NCBI GenBank assembly: GCA_964016885.1
Contig: OZ024748.1
Location: 26,970,001 to 27,034,000, forward strand
Source of the DNA: Eledone cirrhosa
Taxonomy: Eukaryota
Direction: 5' to 3'
DNA length: 64,000 nt
Shown here: positions 28,655 to 51,365 of the stretch, piece after piece
Numbering within the stretch: the stretch's first letter is position 1
Layout of the letters: every line of letters begins with the position of its first letter
The notes under the pieces: generated by a model
What the model saw: only the letters and a program-made list of their open reading frames with translations
Told to the model about the DNA's origin: nothing
Database searches by the model: none
Program-made: the position numbers and the translations under genes

Positions 28655-30620
28655 GTATTCACAACACTCTTAACCTATCTATATATTATCTTCCCTTGTT
28701 CTTTGGATCCTTTACTACATCTTTGTCTCAACATCGATTATGTTTCTTTTGATGCCGTTACGTTTCTTTCAGGATCTGGAAGGAGACCTTTCATTTCTTT
28801 CGGTATCTTCTTAGTTTTCGCTTTTTACCATTTATGATTCTCGAACAATCTTTCTCCTCCTCTTTCTCACCTAATTTTTCATTTCACCTAAATTCTTCCC
28901 TTAATAATAATATTTATATGTAAAGATTATAATTGTTATTATACCATTTAATTTTAAATGCTATTGAAAAAAAAAAAAAATTCGACATAAATAAACATTG
29001 CAATTTTCACTGACTTTTTATTAAAACTTACCATCCTCCACCGCTGCCACCATTCTGCTGGTTCTAGAACCATCTTGATTTGGCATGGTTCCTCTCTCTA
29101 CATTATATTAATAATTGATCACTTAAAGCCTTTAACTAAAAACAACAGGGAAACATTGACAGTGAGTGATGAGTGCCACAGCATATGTTTACATTACCTC
29201 CTTCACTGGGCTGTTGCTGTTAATATATATCTCACATACAATGGTACTGCACCATTATTATTATGGTTTCTTTACCATCACTAAAAGATGCTATAATTAT
29301 TGCAAAATACCTAGATAGATATTTAATTTTTTTATTTTTATTTTATTAATGCGAATGCAGAAATGGAAATCTTATATGCATATCTTGTTTTAATATTCCT
29401 CATTAAGTTTGCAACGAATTTATATATTTATATGAATGTACATGTAAAATGAAATTGTTGTTTTAGTTTATTTTTACGAAATTTAATTTGCAAATATTTA
29501 TTGCAATTGATTTAGCATGTCACTGCAAACGTAATGTGTGTAGCTATGAAGAATTTCGAGAGAAAGCTATGGAAGATCTTGGAATGTTCTTCGGTTCAAC
29601 TCGTGCTGCGGCTTGTCTATGTATAAATATATGTATATATTTATACATATGTTGATATGTGAGTGTGTGTGATATAATTGCTACTGCTGCCAAGTCTGGC
29701 TAGAAAGGAAATCTAATCAGGTGTATGTATATGTATGTGAAATAGTTTGTCTAGATACACATAGATATAACACCACCTTGTATATACATACACATATGTG
29801 TGTGTGTCGGTAATGTAAATGGTGAGAGAGAATGAAACGTTATCTTGCAGTAATCGTAACAACTGTCAAAGAAAGAATTATACCATCTGGAAGATGGTAT
29901 TTTTATTGCTTAATGATGCCGGAACTAACCATTCCTACCCATCATTTGATGGTTGACACTTAACAATATTAAGATGGATTGACAACCATCGTATTACCTC
30001 TATATATTTTCATATATATATCGCAATGCTTGTGTTGATGGCTGTTATAGTTTGAGAACCTCTAAAAAGCTTCTATTGTATGCATGAAATTTTATAAATA
30101 ACTAAAGGTATCTTATTTTACATATACTATATATATAGTTATATATAACATACCTGTATGAATATATCATTTTGGAAAGCTGATACCCCTAAAGTATGTC
30201 CTAATGTAGTTCATAGTGGTATGTGTGTTTGAGTTGTTTTGATGATTTTACAAGTTGGCTAAGAAGGAATTTAAGGGTAAATCTTGCTTGAGGCTTGACA
30301 TAGATTAAAATAAAACAGAAACATTGTTTTATCGCCGGGTTTATTTTTTTAAAGGCCATTTTAACTAGTTTTAAATGTCATGCTGTCCTAATGTCAACAC
30401 CGAAAGTCGTTTTAAGTGGGACAAGTTATTTTTAGTCGTGAAACGCCTTGATTGTTACATTTTCACTTTTGTATTAACGTCTTTTTTATTTATTTTCTAT
30501 ACAAAAGTGGGTTGCTATGTTGTGTAAAATGGTATAATTATTTGTAATTGTGCTTTAATGTTTTGTTTTTCTTATTTCTCTAATCTGATTTAGATATTAT
30601 ATATTTGTTTGTTTTTCAGA

Positions 30621-34604
<3,984 letters not shown>

Positions 34605-34803
34605 AAAAACCTTTTTTATTCTCTATTAAGGGCACACCATCATAAAGTTGCTTCCTTGTATTTATTTTAACTTTTTTTTTTTTTTTTGTATAAGTTTTTC
34701 AATGAAAAGAGTATGTTAAGATCTCTCAGAAATGAGAGTACATTTGTCTTTGAGCTTCAAATTAGGTGCACATTTGACCTGCACCTTCCACTCTAGCAAA
34801 TAT

Positions 34804-35057
34804 AATAAAGGTTTATTTCCTCAGATAAATGTAATACAACTTCATAGCTTTGTTTATTGTTTATAGACTCTTAGGACTAGTAAACTGAATCTTACTAATT
34901 ACTTTATTTAGCTTTATTTATAGTCCCCTAGATTTTATGCCAAAATCACTTTTTTCCTTCCCCTTTCTACAAATAAGTTTGCTTATAAATTTAAATTATT
35001 TATAGTTGTCAAACTCCAATTGTTAATGCTAAAAAGTTCATGTCTGATTCAAATAAA
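34804..35057 (+). terminator. Candidate Hsc70 polyadenylation signals
   Basis: AATAAA at 34804-34809 and 35052-35057, each followed by T/GT-rich sequence. Confidence 0.55.
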
Positions 35058-35484
35058 ATATAAAATTAATCATTGTTTCCAGTGGGTTTTTTGTCCTTTA
35101 TTTGCTGCCAATATTCCTATGTTAATTAGTAAGGTCAGCAATTTTCTATAGATTAAGAATTATGTTTTAAGAGGGGGGCACTATTTGGTAATGGTGAGAA
35201 AGCAGTCTTCATAAATTTGGTATGGAAGATACAATAAGTTGAAATGGTTATAGGTAATTAACCTGGAAGTAAACAACTTCCTTTGTAATGGGTTGTGACT
35301 TGACATTCAGTTGCTACTCTACTAAATTATATTACCTGTATTCACTCATGTTCATATTTCAGGTATTTAGAAATTTGTAGTCAGTGAAAATATATATAGC
35401 AAACAACAGTATGACATAAATTATTTATTTAGACTTTCAAAGACAACTGTTAGATTATTTTGTTGGAAGTTTCTAGATACTCAC

Positions 35485-37021
35485 TATGTTGCTTTTTAAG
35501 AACTTATCCATACTTTGGACAAAGTCCAAACTTGTGAATTGGTTCCATATTTCTTCATCCACTTCAGGTTTTTTTAATTTCTTGGTTCTGGTTAACAGAT
35601 TGAGGTTGTAATCAACTTTCTTTTCTAACCGCTCGATGTGGTTCCAGATATCTTTCTGTGGCTGCTCTAGCCATTTTTTCTGAAATAGTTGATTTAACCC
35701 TTTTATTACCACACTTCTTATAAGACTGTCTATGATTTTGAAAATGATAAAGAATTTAGAGGGATAATATAACTTGTTATTAAACTAGTGTTTGGAGCAT
35801 ATAAAGTTTATATCAGGCATGGGCATCCTTTTTCAAGCAGTGGTATGCATAGGGTATGGCTGACCACACTACAAGGCAATTTGAAATTAGGTGTGCCAAA
35901 CAGGCTACAATTGGCCCATGACTGGTGTAGAACCAGGGGTGATTTTGGTATCAAGAGTTAATTTTTTGGTTATTTAATGCTACATAGAATGGCAATGGAA
36001 ATACTGATAGGTGACCTAACTAGTTTCCCCCATTTGGCAAACCCTTCTGTTTTTACAATGTAAACACAGTGAGTCAGTTACATAAGATGTCTACTGCTTG
36101 ATGTATCATTGTTAATTCTTTTGTGACCATATTTCTAATGACTACCTTTCTTTCAATTAGTTTTAATATAAAGATTTTGATTTTGTTTTTAGTAAAATAA
36201 CTGTCACTCCATATATTATGCTGTTGTTAACCAATAGAATTCATTGAGATTTCAATTTCTTAAGACACACTGTTTATGATTTTCAAATAATTTTGAAAAT
36301 AATCAAGAATTTGGAAAGATTTAGTAAATTAATGAAGGTCCTTGCATAAAATGATGGAAAGTTTTCAGATAACATTCCACTGATGTATCCTTAATATAAT
36401 TCTCAGAGAAATACAGTGTGACATGAATTACAGGCATTGTCCATCCAAAGGACCCTACAATTGCTAAGCAAACTTAAACATTTGGCTATGCTGCATCCAC
36501 AACTAGAGTAAAAAATATTCTTTTATTGATTTGTCTGGGGCACTTTAATGATTTATACTAAACCCCCAGTACATATTTTTTTTTTGTGATCTTTGTTGAG
36601 CCACTAGGTTATGGGATATGTGTACGCACACACACAGGGCTTCTCAAATTTCCGTCTAAATTCTACAAACAAGGCATTTGTCAACACGTGGCTAGAGTAC
36701 GACAGGTGGCCATGTTGCTGTTCAGAACTCCAGTCATTGTAAAGTGAACTACTTAACCACATTGAAAGAAGAAAAAAAGATGTGATTTTGACTTAGTGGA
36801 ATGGTTATCTACTACTTACAGTCTGCTTTTTCTTTGTTTCTCTTTTCTCTCGAATTATTTGTGCCAAGGTAAAACTTTGTGGTTTTATAGTTGTTTCTTG
36901 TTTTGCTTTAAAAGTTTTTGGCTGAAACAGTTCCAGATGTTTCTCATGTTCATGTTTATTATGTTCTTTTATTTTCTTTCTCAGTTTTTCCTTTGGTATT
37001 CTCTGGTCTTTCTTAGCCATT
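35485..37021 (-). CDS. Unidentified spliced ORF; exons 37021-36820 and 35679-35485 join in frame (132 aa)
   Basis: ttacag|A ATG GCT...ACT|gtaagt and tttcag|AAA AAA TGG...AAC ATA|gtgagt; phase 0 junction with no stops. Confidence 0.55.
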
Positions 37022-39369
37022 CTGTAATAGTAAATAGTTTATATATATGACCTGGCATTGCCCACAACAGGACAACTCGTCTAACCCATGCAGAGTGGAA
37101 GAATGGACGTAAAATGGTGGTGATGATGATACATATAGATATATATATCTCGACTTTCGTCAAATGTTTCCATTGGTCTTTCCAATTGCTAATACTATCT
37201 ATCAGTTGCAACTTCAGGTAGGAGCAACATGAAATAAAGCGCCTTGCCTAAAAACATACCGCAACATCCAATCCAGGAATGGAACACAACTTCACGATTG
37301 CGAATCCAATTCTCTAACCACTCAGCCATGCGCAGATATAACTTTATGCTTCAGATGCTAGCACACTTCTGTAACACATTACCCCAAGAACATGAAATAA
37401 GATATTGTAAGTTGGTTGAAGAATTGAAATCTTGTTACTGGGTTTCAGATTTTCATAATGTGGTTGTCGGAGGAAGCATAAATTAGGTTTTAGTGATAGG
37501 TACTTTGTCTTGTTTGAGTATTTTGTTTACCATTGAGGTTGTTAGTGTGGTGGTTACTCTTGATCAATCAGTTAAGACCAAGACTTCTGACATACATAAC
37601 TAATTCTTTATATATATCTGCATGGATAGAAACCAAGCCAAAATCACTTCTGTGTGAGCAAGACATGGTTTGTCTCACGAGACAACTCGTCTACTGTCCA
37701 TTTTTCCACACTAACATAAGTTAAATAGTGGTGATGATATCTCTGCATGTATCTGATTTATAATAGGTACATAATTCTTCCCAGCAACTAATTTCATTAA
37801 GGAATATTCTTTATTGAAATCTATTAGCTCTAGTGCAATACTGTCTCTTAAAAAATACATGTTTAACCATTTTGTTACCATATTTTGAATGGAAGATTGC
37901 CTTTGATTTTCAAATACTTTTGAAAATACTCTAGAAATTGGAGGGATTTAGTAACATGAGTTTTACATTATTAAGCTTGTTTGGAATATTATTTAACAAT
38001 AGTTCTTATATAAAATTATGATGGAAGGTTTTTAGATAAATATTGTTTAGTATTGTAGAACCAGATGTGGTTTGGTATGAAAATTATAAGGCAGTATCTC
38101 TCAGAAATGTGTTAACAAAACGGTTACTCTGTTAGATTTATTGGGGAGATACAAAGAATTACTACGCCAAGTTTGAAAGTGAGTTGCAGACTTGGTTGTT
38201 TTTTTGTTTTTTTTTGTGATTACATACTTGTGTACATATTACACATATTTGCTGAGAGCAGGTGATGACAACACAGATATGGTAACAGGATAAAAACAAA
38301 ACTAAATATACATACATCTGAAATTATGCAGTTTAATGCCAAACGTGACATTACCTTGAACAAACCTAAAAAAAAGATAAAGTGTTTAGTTAATTGAATG
38401 AGCTGTTTGAACCTCATAGGTAAGACACAAGATTGAGACAAGTGATTACTTGCTGTAACTGAAGCCCATTGATAAGTATTTTTGTGGTTTTCCATACAAG
38501 TATGGGTTGGATGACATTTTTTGAGACAGGTATTCTACACCAACACACATTTATCTTTGGATCTTCACATCTAATTGCTGAGCTTCAAAACTTATGGGGC
38601 TATGTTTAATGATGAGGATGCTTGATGTGCAATCATAATGTCATGGGTTTGGTTCCATGTTGCGTTGTTTTTGAGCAAAACATTTATTTCACGCTGCTTC
38701 AGTACACTACATTCAGCTGTAGCTGGGGAGTTAATCCAGCAATAGACTGGTGTCCTGTCCAGGAAGAGTGTTATATTCTCAATTGCTTAACGCAAAGGAA
38801 ATAGGATAAGCACTAGCTTGATGAGCCTTTGGCTTAAAACAGACTTTAACTTAACTATTGGTATAATGATGAATGGATTAATGTGGTCGTTAGTAATAGC
38901 AGCCAAGTCTGCCTAAATTAATCATTATTGTTTGGAAAACAGGACAAATTACTGCATTGCTTCTAACTACTCAAGTAGAGCTGATAATGTCAATATCAAA
39001 AATATTGTTGACATTCAGATATATCTTATCAACACAGATTCAAAGCCTTCACCAAAAATAAAAGATAATGTTATCTCTTCATTAGAAATACACAAACACT
39101 AATCTCAACATGAAACAATATCTGAAGCACAATTACACATACAGAACATACAAAGGAATAGAATGTATTAAATGCAAAGTTACATACTATCATACTTATC
39201 ATCATCATATAGTGTTTGTCTTCTCTGTAAAGGTTAGATGGATCTTTAGAGACCAAATCAATACTATAGTGGAACTGACCTATAAGATGGGCCTGGGGCT
39301 TACATCTTGCTTATATACATTCCTGCACTCTACTGAGTGCATTTTATCCTGACATCAGCAGTGAGGAAG

Positions 39370-40322
39370 TTGTCACAGGATACTAGCTCCTGTTGCCCAG
39401 ATGGTTCTATAGAAATAGTGGACACTTTCCGTTACCTGGGTGACAAAATCAGCAGTGGTGGCGGGTGCTCTGAAAGTACAGTAGCCAGAGTCAGAACGGG
39501 ATGGAAAAAGTTCAGAGAGCTTATACCGCTGTTGGCCACAAAAGGTTTCTCTCTAAAACGGAAAGGCAGATTGTATGATGCCTGTATATGAACAGCAATG
39601 TTACATGGCAGTAAGACATGGGCATTGTGTGCAGAGGACCTGCGCAGACTGGAAAGGAATAAAGCATGCATGCTCCGTTGGATATGTAATAGTAATATAC
39701 GCGAACGGCAAAACATTAATGAACTGAGAAATTAGGAATAAGAGGGATCAGATGCTGTTTACTTGAGAGAAGACTACGTTGGTATGGTCACGTGATGCGC
39801 ATGAAAGATGACAGCTGCATAAAAAAGTGCAGGCCAATCAAATTGATGGAAGTTACGGAGAAACAGAAAAACCTGGACTGATCTGATAAATTCCAACCTT
39901 ACACACTTGCACCTCTCTAAGACAATGTTACTGGACCGAGATCTTTGGCGCCATGCAGTAGTACAGAAGACTTGCCTTGCCTATGTACAAAGCGAAACCT
40001 ACAGTCAGTAGGCACCTCTTCACCAAATATATACCCCAACCCACTCCCACCAACACCACCCTTTCTCTGTAAAGTTATGTTAGTACCACAACATCTAGTT
40101 CAAACTACTGAGGTTGTGCAGGTGTCACAACAAAAAAACAGTCCACGCTGTAATGTGGCCGTGTAGGTAACATGGTAAAAATCCTCCAGTCCACACTGTA
40201 AATGTGGTTGGTGTTAGGAAGGGCATCCAGCCGTAGAAAACCTGCCAGATAGTCCTATACAAGCGAGACACGGTCACCCGACCAATCTTGCCTCAAGTGG
40301 GACAATTTCTGTCTAACCCATG
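39370..40322 (+). mobile_element. RTE-clade LINE 3' remnant
   Basis: [35 protein letters not shown] with stops; 3' UTR shared with the other copies. Confidence 0.92.
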
Positions 40323-40635
40323 TTCCGTTTCCTTTTTCCCCTTTCGCCTACTCTGAGGCAGCCCATCGGGCTTTTGTAGCCTCAGTACCTTCACCCCAGT
40401 AAATTTTATATAGCATTGGCCGCTTTCTAACTACCCTAATGTCATACACACTCCTTAGAATTTGGTGTATAGAATTCACTTTCAATGCTTGACCGGCTCC
40501 ACCCACTCCCTCATTGTTCTACAGTTAAGTTCAGCCACCCCCACCTCCCACCCACTGCCATGAAAGATTTAATTGTGTTTACAAGAAATTTTGACCAATC
40601 CTTTTGACAACTACAATCTTCCCATATAAGGAATT

Positions 40636-40730
40636 ACCCCTTGAAAAGTTTGGCTATTTATTTACCAAGCTAAAAATTCTAATTTAGTCCAGAAATAGCT
40701 GTTGAAACGGCTTGAGCTCTGCGTCGGGGT
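40636..40730 (+). ncRNA. Decayed hammerhead with full stem III (3' half also at 22365-22405)
   Basis: acccc-TTGAAAA-...ggctattt...aaatagct..-GAAAC-ggcttgagctctgc-GTC-ggggt; core has two substitutions. Confidence 0.45.
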
Positions 40731-40879
40731 TAAACATTTTCCTATATGTATATATATATATATATATATGCATATATATGTATGTATCTCAGACCGGGTG
40801 ATGTGTTGTTTCCTTGAGCAAGATACTTTGTTTCACATTGCTCCAGTTTACTCAGCTGTAGAAATGAGATGATAGGGAC

Positions 40880-41546
40880 TGGGGTCCCTATCATTCCACT
40901 GCAAAGTGGTCGTGTAGGTGCCATGGCAAAAAAGCACCCAGCACTCACTGTAAATGAGGTTGGTGTTAGGAAGGGCATCCAGCTGTAGAAATCAAGCCAG
41001 AATCAGTTCCCGTCCCACCCTTGCAAGCAGGGAAAGCGGACATAAAAGTGATGTATAAAAAAAAAAAATGATATATGTATTTATATATATGTATATATGT
41101 GTATGTATATGCAGTAATATATATATACGCAGTAATACAGAAAACCCGCCTTGCCTAGGTACAAAGCGAAACCTACAGTGAATAGGCACCTCTTAATCAA
41201 ATATACACCTCCTCCCACTACCCCAACTCCCCCACCCCCATCAACACGACCCCTTTCTCTGTAAAGTTATGTTGGTACCACAACATCCAGTCCTAAATAA
41301 ATGAGGTCGTGTAGGAGTCACGGCAAAAAAAAACACACTCCACGCTGTCATGTGGCTGTGTAGGTAACACGGTAAAAACCTCCCAGTCCACACTAAACGT
41401 GGTTGGTGTTAGGAAGGGCATCCAGCCATAGAAAACCTGCCAGACAGTCCCATACGAGCGAGACAACCCATCTTGCCTCAAGTGCGACAATTCCCGTCTA
41501 AACCCATGCTAGCGTGGAAGATAGACGTTAAACGATGATGATGATA
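40880..41546 (+). mobile_element. Two RTE 3'-UTR/tail fragments
   Basis: ttggtgttaggaagggcatccagc...ccatgctagcgtggaag..gacgttaaacgatgatgat tail. Confidence 0.85.
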
Positions 41547-41858
41547 TATGTATGTATATATACATATATACAAATGAATATATGAGAGGGATGAACACTG
41601 ATACAAGTATACATGTGTTCGAATTGTAAATGACCAAGTTAGCTAGGTTGAAAAATACTAATTTAAAATAATATGGTTTGCCTGTCTCGATTTAAAGACT
41701 ATTTTGAGTTTATAACTCAATATATGATGTACATACATATATATATGATATATATATGTATATATATGTATAATATATGTATATATATATATATATATAT
41801 ATAATATATGTATATATATACATATATGTATTATATATATATGTATAATATATGTATT

Positions 41859-43294
41859 GGTGTTCATCAGGGCTCTGTTCTTAGCCCCCTACTATTTATT
41901 ATTGCCCTTCAGGCTATAACAGTGGAGTTCAAGACCGGCTGCCCATGGGAACTCCTATACGCAGATGATCTAACGCTCATAGCTGAATCAATGGCCGAGC
42001 TAGAGAAGAAATTCCAAACATGGAAGCACGGCCTAGAATCAAAAGGCCTTAAAATTAACCTGGCTAAGACTAAAGTTCTAGTTTGTAGGAAAGAAAATAA
42101 GGCGCCGGTCCCTTCCGGGAAATGGCCATGCTCAGTGTGTAGGAAAGGCGTAGGTAGAAACTCCATTTTATGTCCCAAATGCAAAGTATGGGTGCATAAA
42201 AGATGTAGTGGGATCATAGGTAAGCTAACTAAGAACATAGATTTTTATATGTGGCCGGTGCTCTGGTGCAATAAGTAGCAGCAAGTGCCCACAGAATACT
42301 AGCTCATTCCATTGCACAGATGGTTCTATAGAAATAGTGGACAGCTTCCGTTACCTGGGTGACAAAATCAGCAGTGGGGGAGGGTGCTCTGAAAGTACAG
42401 TAGCTAGAGTCAGAACTGGATGGAAAAAGTTCAGAGAGCTTATACCACTATTAGCCGCTAAAGGGTTCTCCCTAAAAATGAAAAGCGGGCTGTATGATGC
42501 CTGCATACGAACAGCAATGTTGCATGGCAGTGAGACCTGGGCATTGTGTGCAGAGGATATACGCAGACTAGAGAGGAACGAAGCTTGCATGCTCCACTGG
42601 ATGTGTAATAGTAATATACGCGAACGGCAAAGCATAAACGAACTAAGGGAAAAATTAGAAATAAGAGGGATCAGATGTTGTTTACTCAAGAGAAGGCTAC
42701 GTTGGTATGGTCACGTGATGCGCATGAAAGACGACAGCTGTATAACAAAGTGAAGGGCAATAAAGATAGACGGTAGCCACGGAGTAGGCAGACCCAGAAA
42801 AACCTGGGACAACCTGATAAACTCCGACCTCACACACTTACACCTCTCCAAGACAATGTCACTGGACCGAGATCTTTGGCAGCACTCAGTAATAGAGAAG
42901 ACCCGCCTTACCTAAATACAAAGTAAAACCTACCACAGTCAGTAGGCATCTCTAACAAAATACACCCCCGTCCCACCACCCCCACCTCATCCACACCGCC
43001 CCTTTCAATGTAAAGTTATGTTGGTGCCACAACATCCAGGCCGAAACAAATGAGATCGTGTAGGTGTCACGACAAAAAAACACACAGTCCACGCTGTAAT
43101 GTGGCTGTGTAGGCAACACGGTAAAAACCTCCCAGCCCCACACTGTAAATGTGGTTGGTGTTAGGAAGGGCATCCAGCTGTAGAAAACCCACCAGACAGT
43201 CCTATGCGAGCAAGGCAACCACTCTTGCCTCAGGTGGGAAAACTCCCATCCAAACCCATGCAAGCGTGGAACATGGACGTTAAACGATGATGAT
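41859..43294 (+). mobile_element. 5'-truncated RTE LINE
   Basis: [17 protein letters not shown], Cys-rich insert and RLRWYGHV; (GAT)n tail; TA tracts on both sides. Confidence 0.95.
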
Positions 43295-43302
43295 ATGTAT
43301 AA

Positions 43303-43349
<47 letters not shown>

Positions 43350-43492
43350 TATATGTATATACATATATGTATGATATATATATATATATAATATATGTAT
43401 ATATATACATATATGTATGATATATATATGTATAATATATGTATGATATATATATATATATATGTATATGTATATATATATACACATATATA

Positions 43493-43528
<36 letters not shown>

Positions 43529-43990
43529 TGATGGGAGTGTAGTGAGTGTATGCAATGATGCAATAAAATAATTATTCAGTACATGCTATTTTGTATAAAT
43601 ATTTAAACAGAAAGTCAAGTGACTGCATAGTTCTTATATTGACCTTGTCATAGCAGCCATCATAGCTATGTCCATGCTGGAGCACTGCTTCCCGCTGTAT
43701 ACCTGGTCCAATTTGGCAATATACGGGCGAAGGATTCAAGGACACCCGCTTTGTCCGTTCCTTTGTCGATTCAATTTGGATTACCTCGGGAACATCACCT
43801 TATTATGTAAGAAGCTGTGTGGCCACTGTTGTCATTGAAATATGTATCACAGCATTATCATTAAAGGACTTTAACATCTGAAACTACTTCGCTTTTTCTT
43901 ATTCTATATATACATATATATGTATATATACATATATATACATACATATATATATATATGTATATATATATCTACATATATATATATATA

Positions 43991-46724
43991 TCACTTCTGA
44001 CAATCATCTCGGCCTATGCTCCCCAAGCAGGCCTAGGCAAAGATGAGAAAGACTGCTTTTACGAGCAACTTTTACAAACAACCGCAATGACAGAGGACGG
44101 AGACATCGTTATGCTAGCAGGAGACTTCAATGGTCATGTTGGACAGCTCCAGGATGGTTACACTGGGGTACATGGTGGGCACGGTTACGGCTCAAGAAAT
44201 GAAGAAGGAGAGAGACTTCTTGAATTTTGTGATGCAGGTACATTGACTATTTGCAACACAAACTTCTAGAAACCTGCCAATCACCTAATAACCTACAAAT
44301 CTGGTGAGCACATAAGCCAGATTGACTTCTTACTAGTTAAGCAGCGGGACAGGCAGATAGTGTCTAATACCGAGGCATACCCTGGGGAAGAATGTACCCC
44401 ACAGCATAGGTTAGTCGTTAGTGATATCTCAGTAAGCAAGAGATGGAATGAGACATACAGGAAGGTGTGGAGAAGAAAGGTCTGGACGCTAAAAGACCTT
44501 TCCCTAAAATACAAATTTAGGAAAGCCCTTCAAGATGTATATGACGAAAAAGAAGTGAATTTAGAGACGTATGACATAGATAATAACTGGAATTTCTTAT
44601 GTGACAACTTGCTGCAGGCTACTGATGAAACTTGTGGCTGGAGCAGAGCTCCAACCAGACAGAGAGTGACCTGGTGGTGGAACAGCACAGTAGATAATGC
44701 CATTAGAGACAAAAGACTAGCATGGAAGGCTTGGAAAAAGGGTGGGAGTAGGGAAGAATATACAGCCACTAAGAGAGAAACTAGACGTCAGGTGTACTTA
44801 GCATGTAGGGAGTAGGAGGTTTGCCAATGTTCTGCAACAGGAAGATCAGAGGCGTGCGGTGTTCCACATTGCAAGGCAGTGTGTCAATGCAAATCAGGAT
44901 GTTGTTGGAGATAAATGTGTCCAGAATGATGCCGGTATACTTAGTGTCACGAATGATCAGAAAAAGGAGGCCTGGAAATGTCATTATGAGAGACTGATGA
45001 ATGTGGAGAACAAATGGGAGAGAGAGAAATTACCCTTGGTAGATCCGACAGAGAGACCAGCTATTGAGATTGACGGATATAGGGTCCAAGAGGCGATTAG
45101 GGAAATGAAAAATGGTAAGGCTGCCGGACCATCGGGAATAGTTGCTGAGATGCTGAAGGCATCAGGAGACGTAGGCACTAAACTGGTTGCACGTATCATC
45201 AATCAGGCTATATATGGTGGTGTCATACCCAAAGACTGGTGCAGCAGTATTCTCATAAATTGCTACAAAGGTAAAGGGGATACTCTGGAGAGGAGCAATT
45301 ATAGGGGTATAAAACTGATAGATTAGATTATGAAAGTGGCAGAAAGGATTTTAGCACAACTAATTAGAGAAAGGGTCAAACTAGATGAGATGCAGTTTGG
45401 TTTTGTGCCTGGGAAGAGTACAACAGATGCCCTCTTCTTGGTGAGACAATTGCAAGAGAGGTTATTCGAGAAAAATAAGCCACTATACTTAGCCTTTGTT
45501 GACCTAGAGAATGCCTTTGATAGGGTACCCCGATCTGTCATCTGGTGGTCCCTAAGGAAGCTAGGTGTTGAGGAATGGCTTGTGAGGACAGTGCAAACTT
45601 TGTACAGAAGTACTCTCAGGGTAGGAATGGAGTTTAGTGAGGAATTCCAGATACAAGTAGGAGTACATCAGGGTTCGGTCCTCAGCCCGCTCTTGTTCAT
45701 TATAGTCCTCCAAGCCATAACAGAGGAGTTTAAGACTGGCTGTCCATGGGAACTTCTCTATGCTGACAATCTGGTTCTTATAGTAGAATCAGTAGAGGAG
45801 CTAGAGAATAAATTCTGGCTATGGAAACAGCAGTTGGAAGCAAGAGGACTGAGAGTGAACCTAGCTAAGACAAAAGTGTTGATGAGTAGAAAAGAGGACA
45901 AAACCCTGATTCCGTCAGGGAAATGGCCATGTTCGATATGCAGAAAAGGAACTGGCATAAATTCTATAAAATGCACACAATGCATATCCTGGGTACACAA
46001 GAGATGTAGCGGGATAGCAGGCAAACTAACAGGTAGGTAGAAATATGTATGCAGTAGATGTACAGGGAAATTAGACAGTAGAAGTCGCATTGATACACAC
46101 ATTTTTCAGATGCAGGAGGGCGCTATAGAAGTGGTGGATAGCTTCCGGTACCTACATCAGATTAGCATGGGAGGAGGGTGTTCCGAGGCCATAGTATCTA
46201 GAATAAGGACGGGTTGGAAGAAGTTTAAGGAGCTGCTTCCTCTGTTGACGAAGAAGGGTTTCTCCCTGCGTACGAAAGGCCGGTTGTATGATGCCTGTGT
46301 GAGGAGCGCGATGCTGCATGGTAGTGATACATGGGCAGCATCTGCAGAGAATATGCGACGGCTGGAGAGAAATGAGGCAAGCATGCTCCGTTGGATGTGC
46401 AGTGTAAATGTGTGTGAACGACCCAGCATAAATGTGTTGAGAGAGAAACTGTGTCTAAGAGGGATAGAATGTAGTGTACGGGAGAGGAGACTGAGGTGGT
46501 ATGGACATGTGATGCACATGGAGGATGACCAATGGGTGAAGAAGTGCCAGTTGAAGGAAGACGTGGTAGAGGTAGACCACGAAAAACATGGGCGGAGGTG
46601 GTGAGAACAGACCTCAGATCATTGAAGCTCACGGTGGAGATGACGAGTGGAGAGATGCTGTGCTGAATAAGACCCGTCCCACCCTTGCAAGCAGGGAAAA
46701 GCGGACATAAAATGATGATGATGA
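43991..46724 (+). mobile_element. RTE LINE (second subfamily), APE C-terminal half through RT, multiple stops
   Basis: SAYAPQ..GDFNGHVG..SQIDF (APE); [41 protein letters not shown] (RT); (GAT)n tail. Confidence 0.96.
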
Positions 46725-46763
46725 TATATATATACATACATATATGCATATATATATACATAT

Positions 46764-51364
<4,601 letters not shown>

Positions 51365-51365
51365 C

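Noticed and set aside
29915-29995. U17/snR30-like motifs (cattccta...caaccat) or a C/D snoRNA in Hsc70 intron 1
   Set aside because: Both motifs are imperfect, there is no correctly placed ACA or CTGA box, and the second motif is paired in a local hairpin.
43814-43853. Hammerhead-like gctgt...GAAA-tatgta-TC-acagc
   Set aside because: The CUGANGA core is missing; at most a deleted relic.
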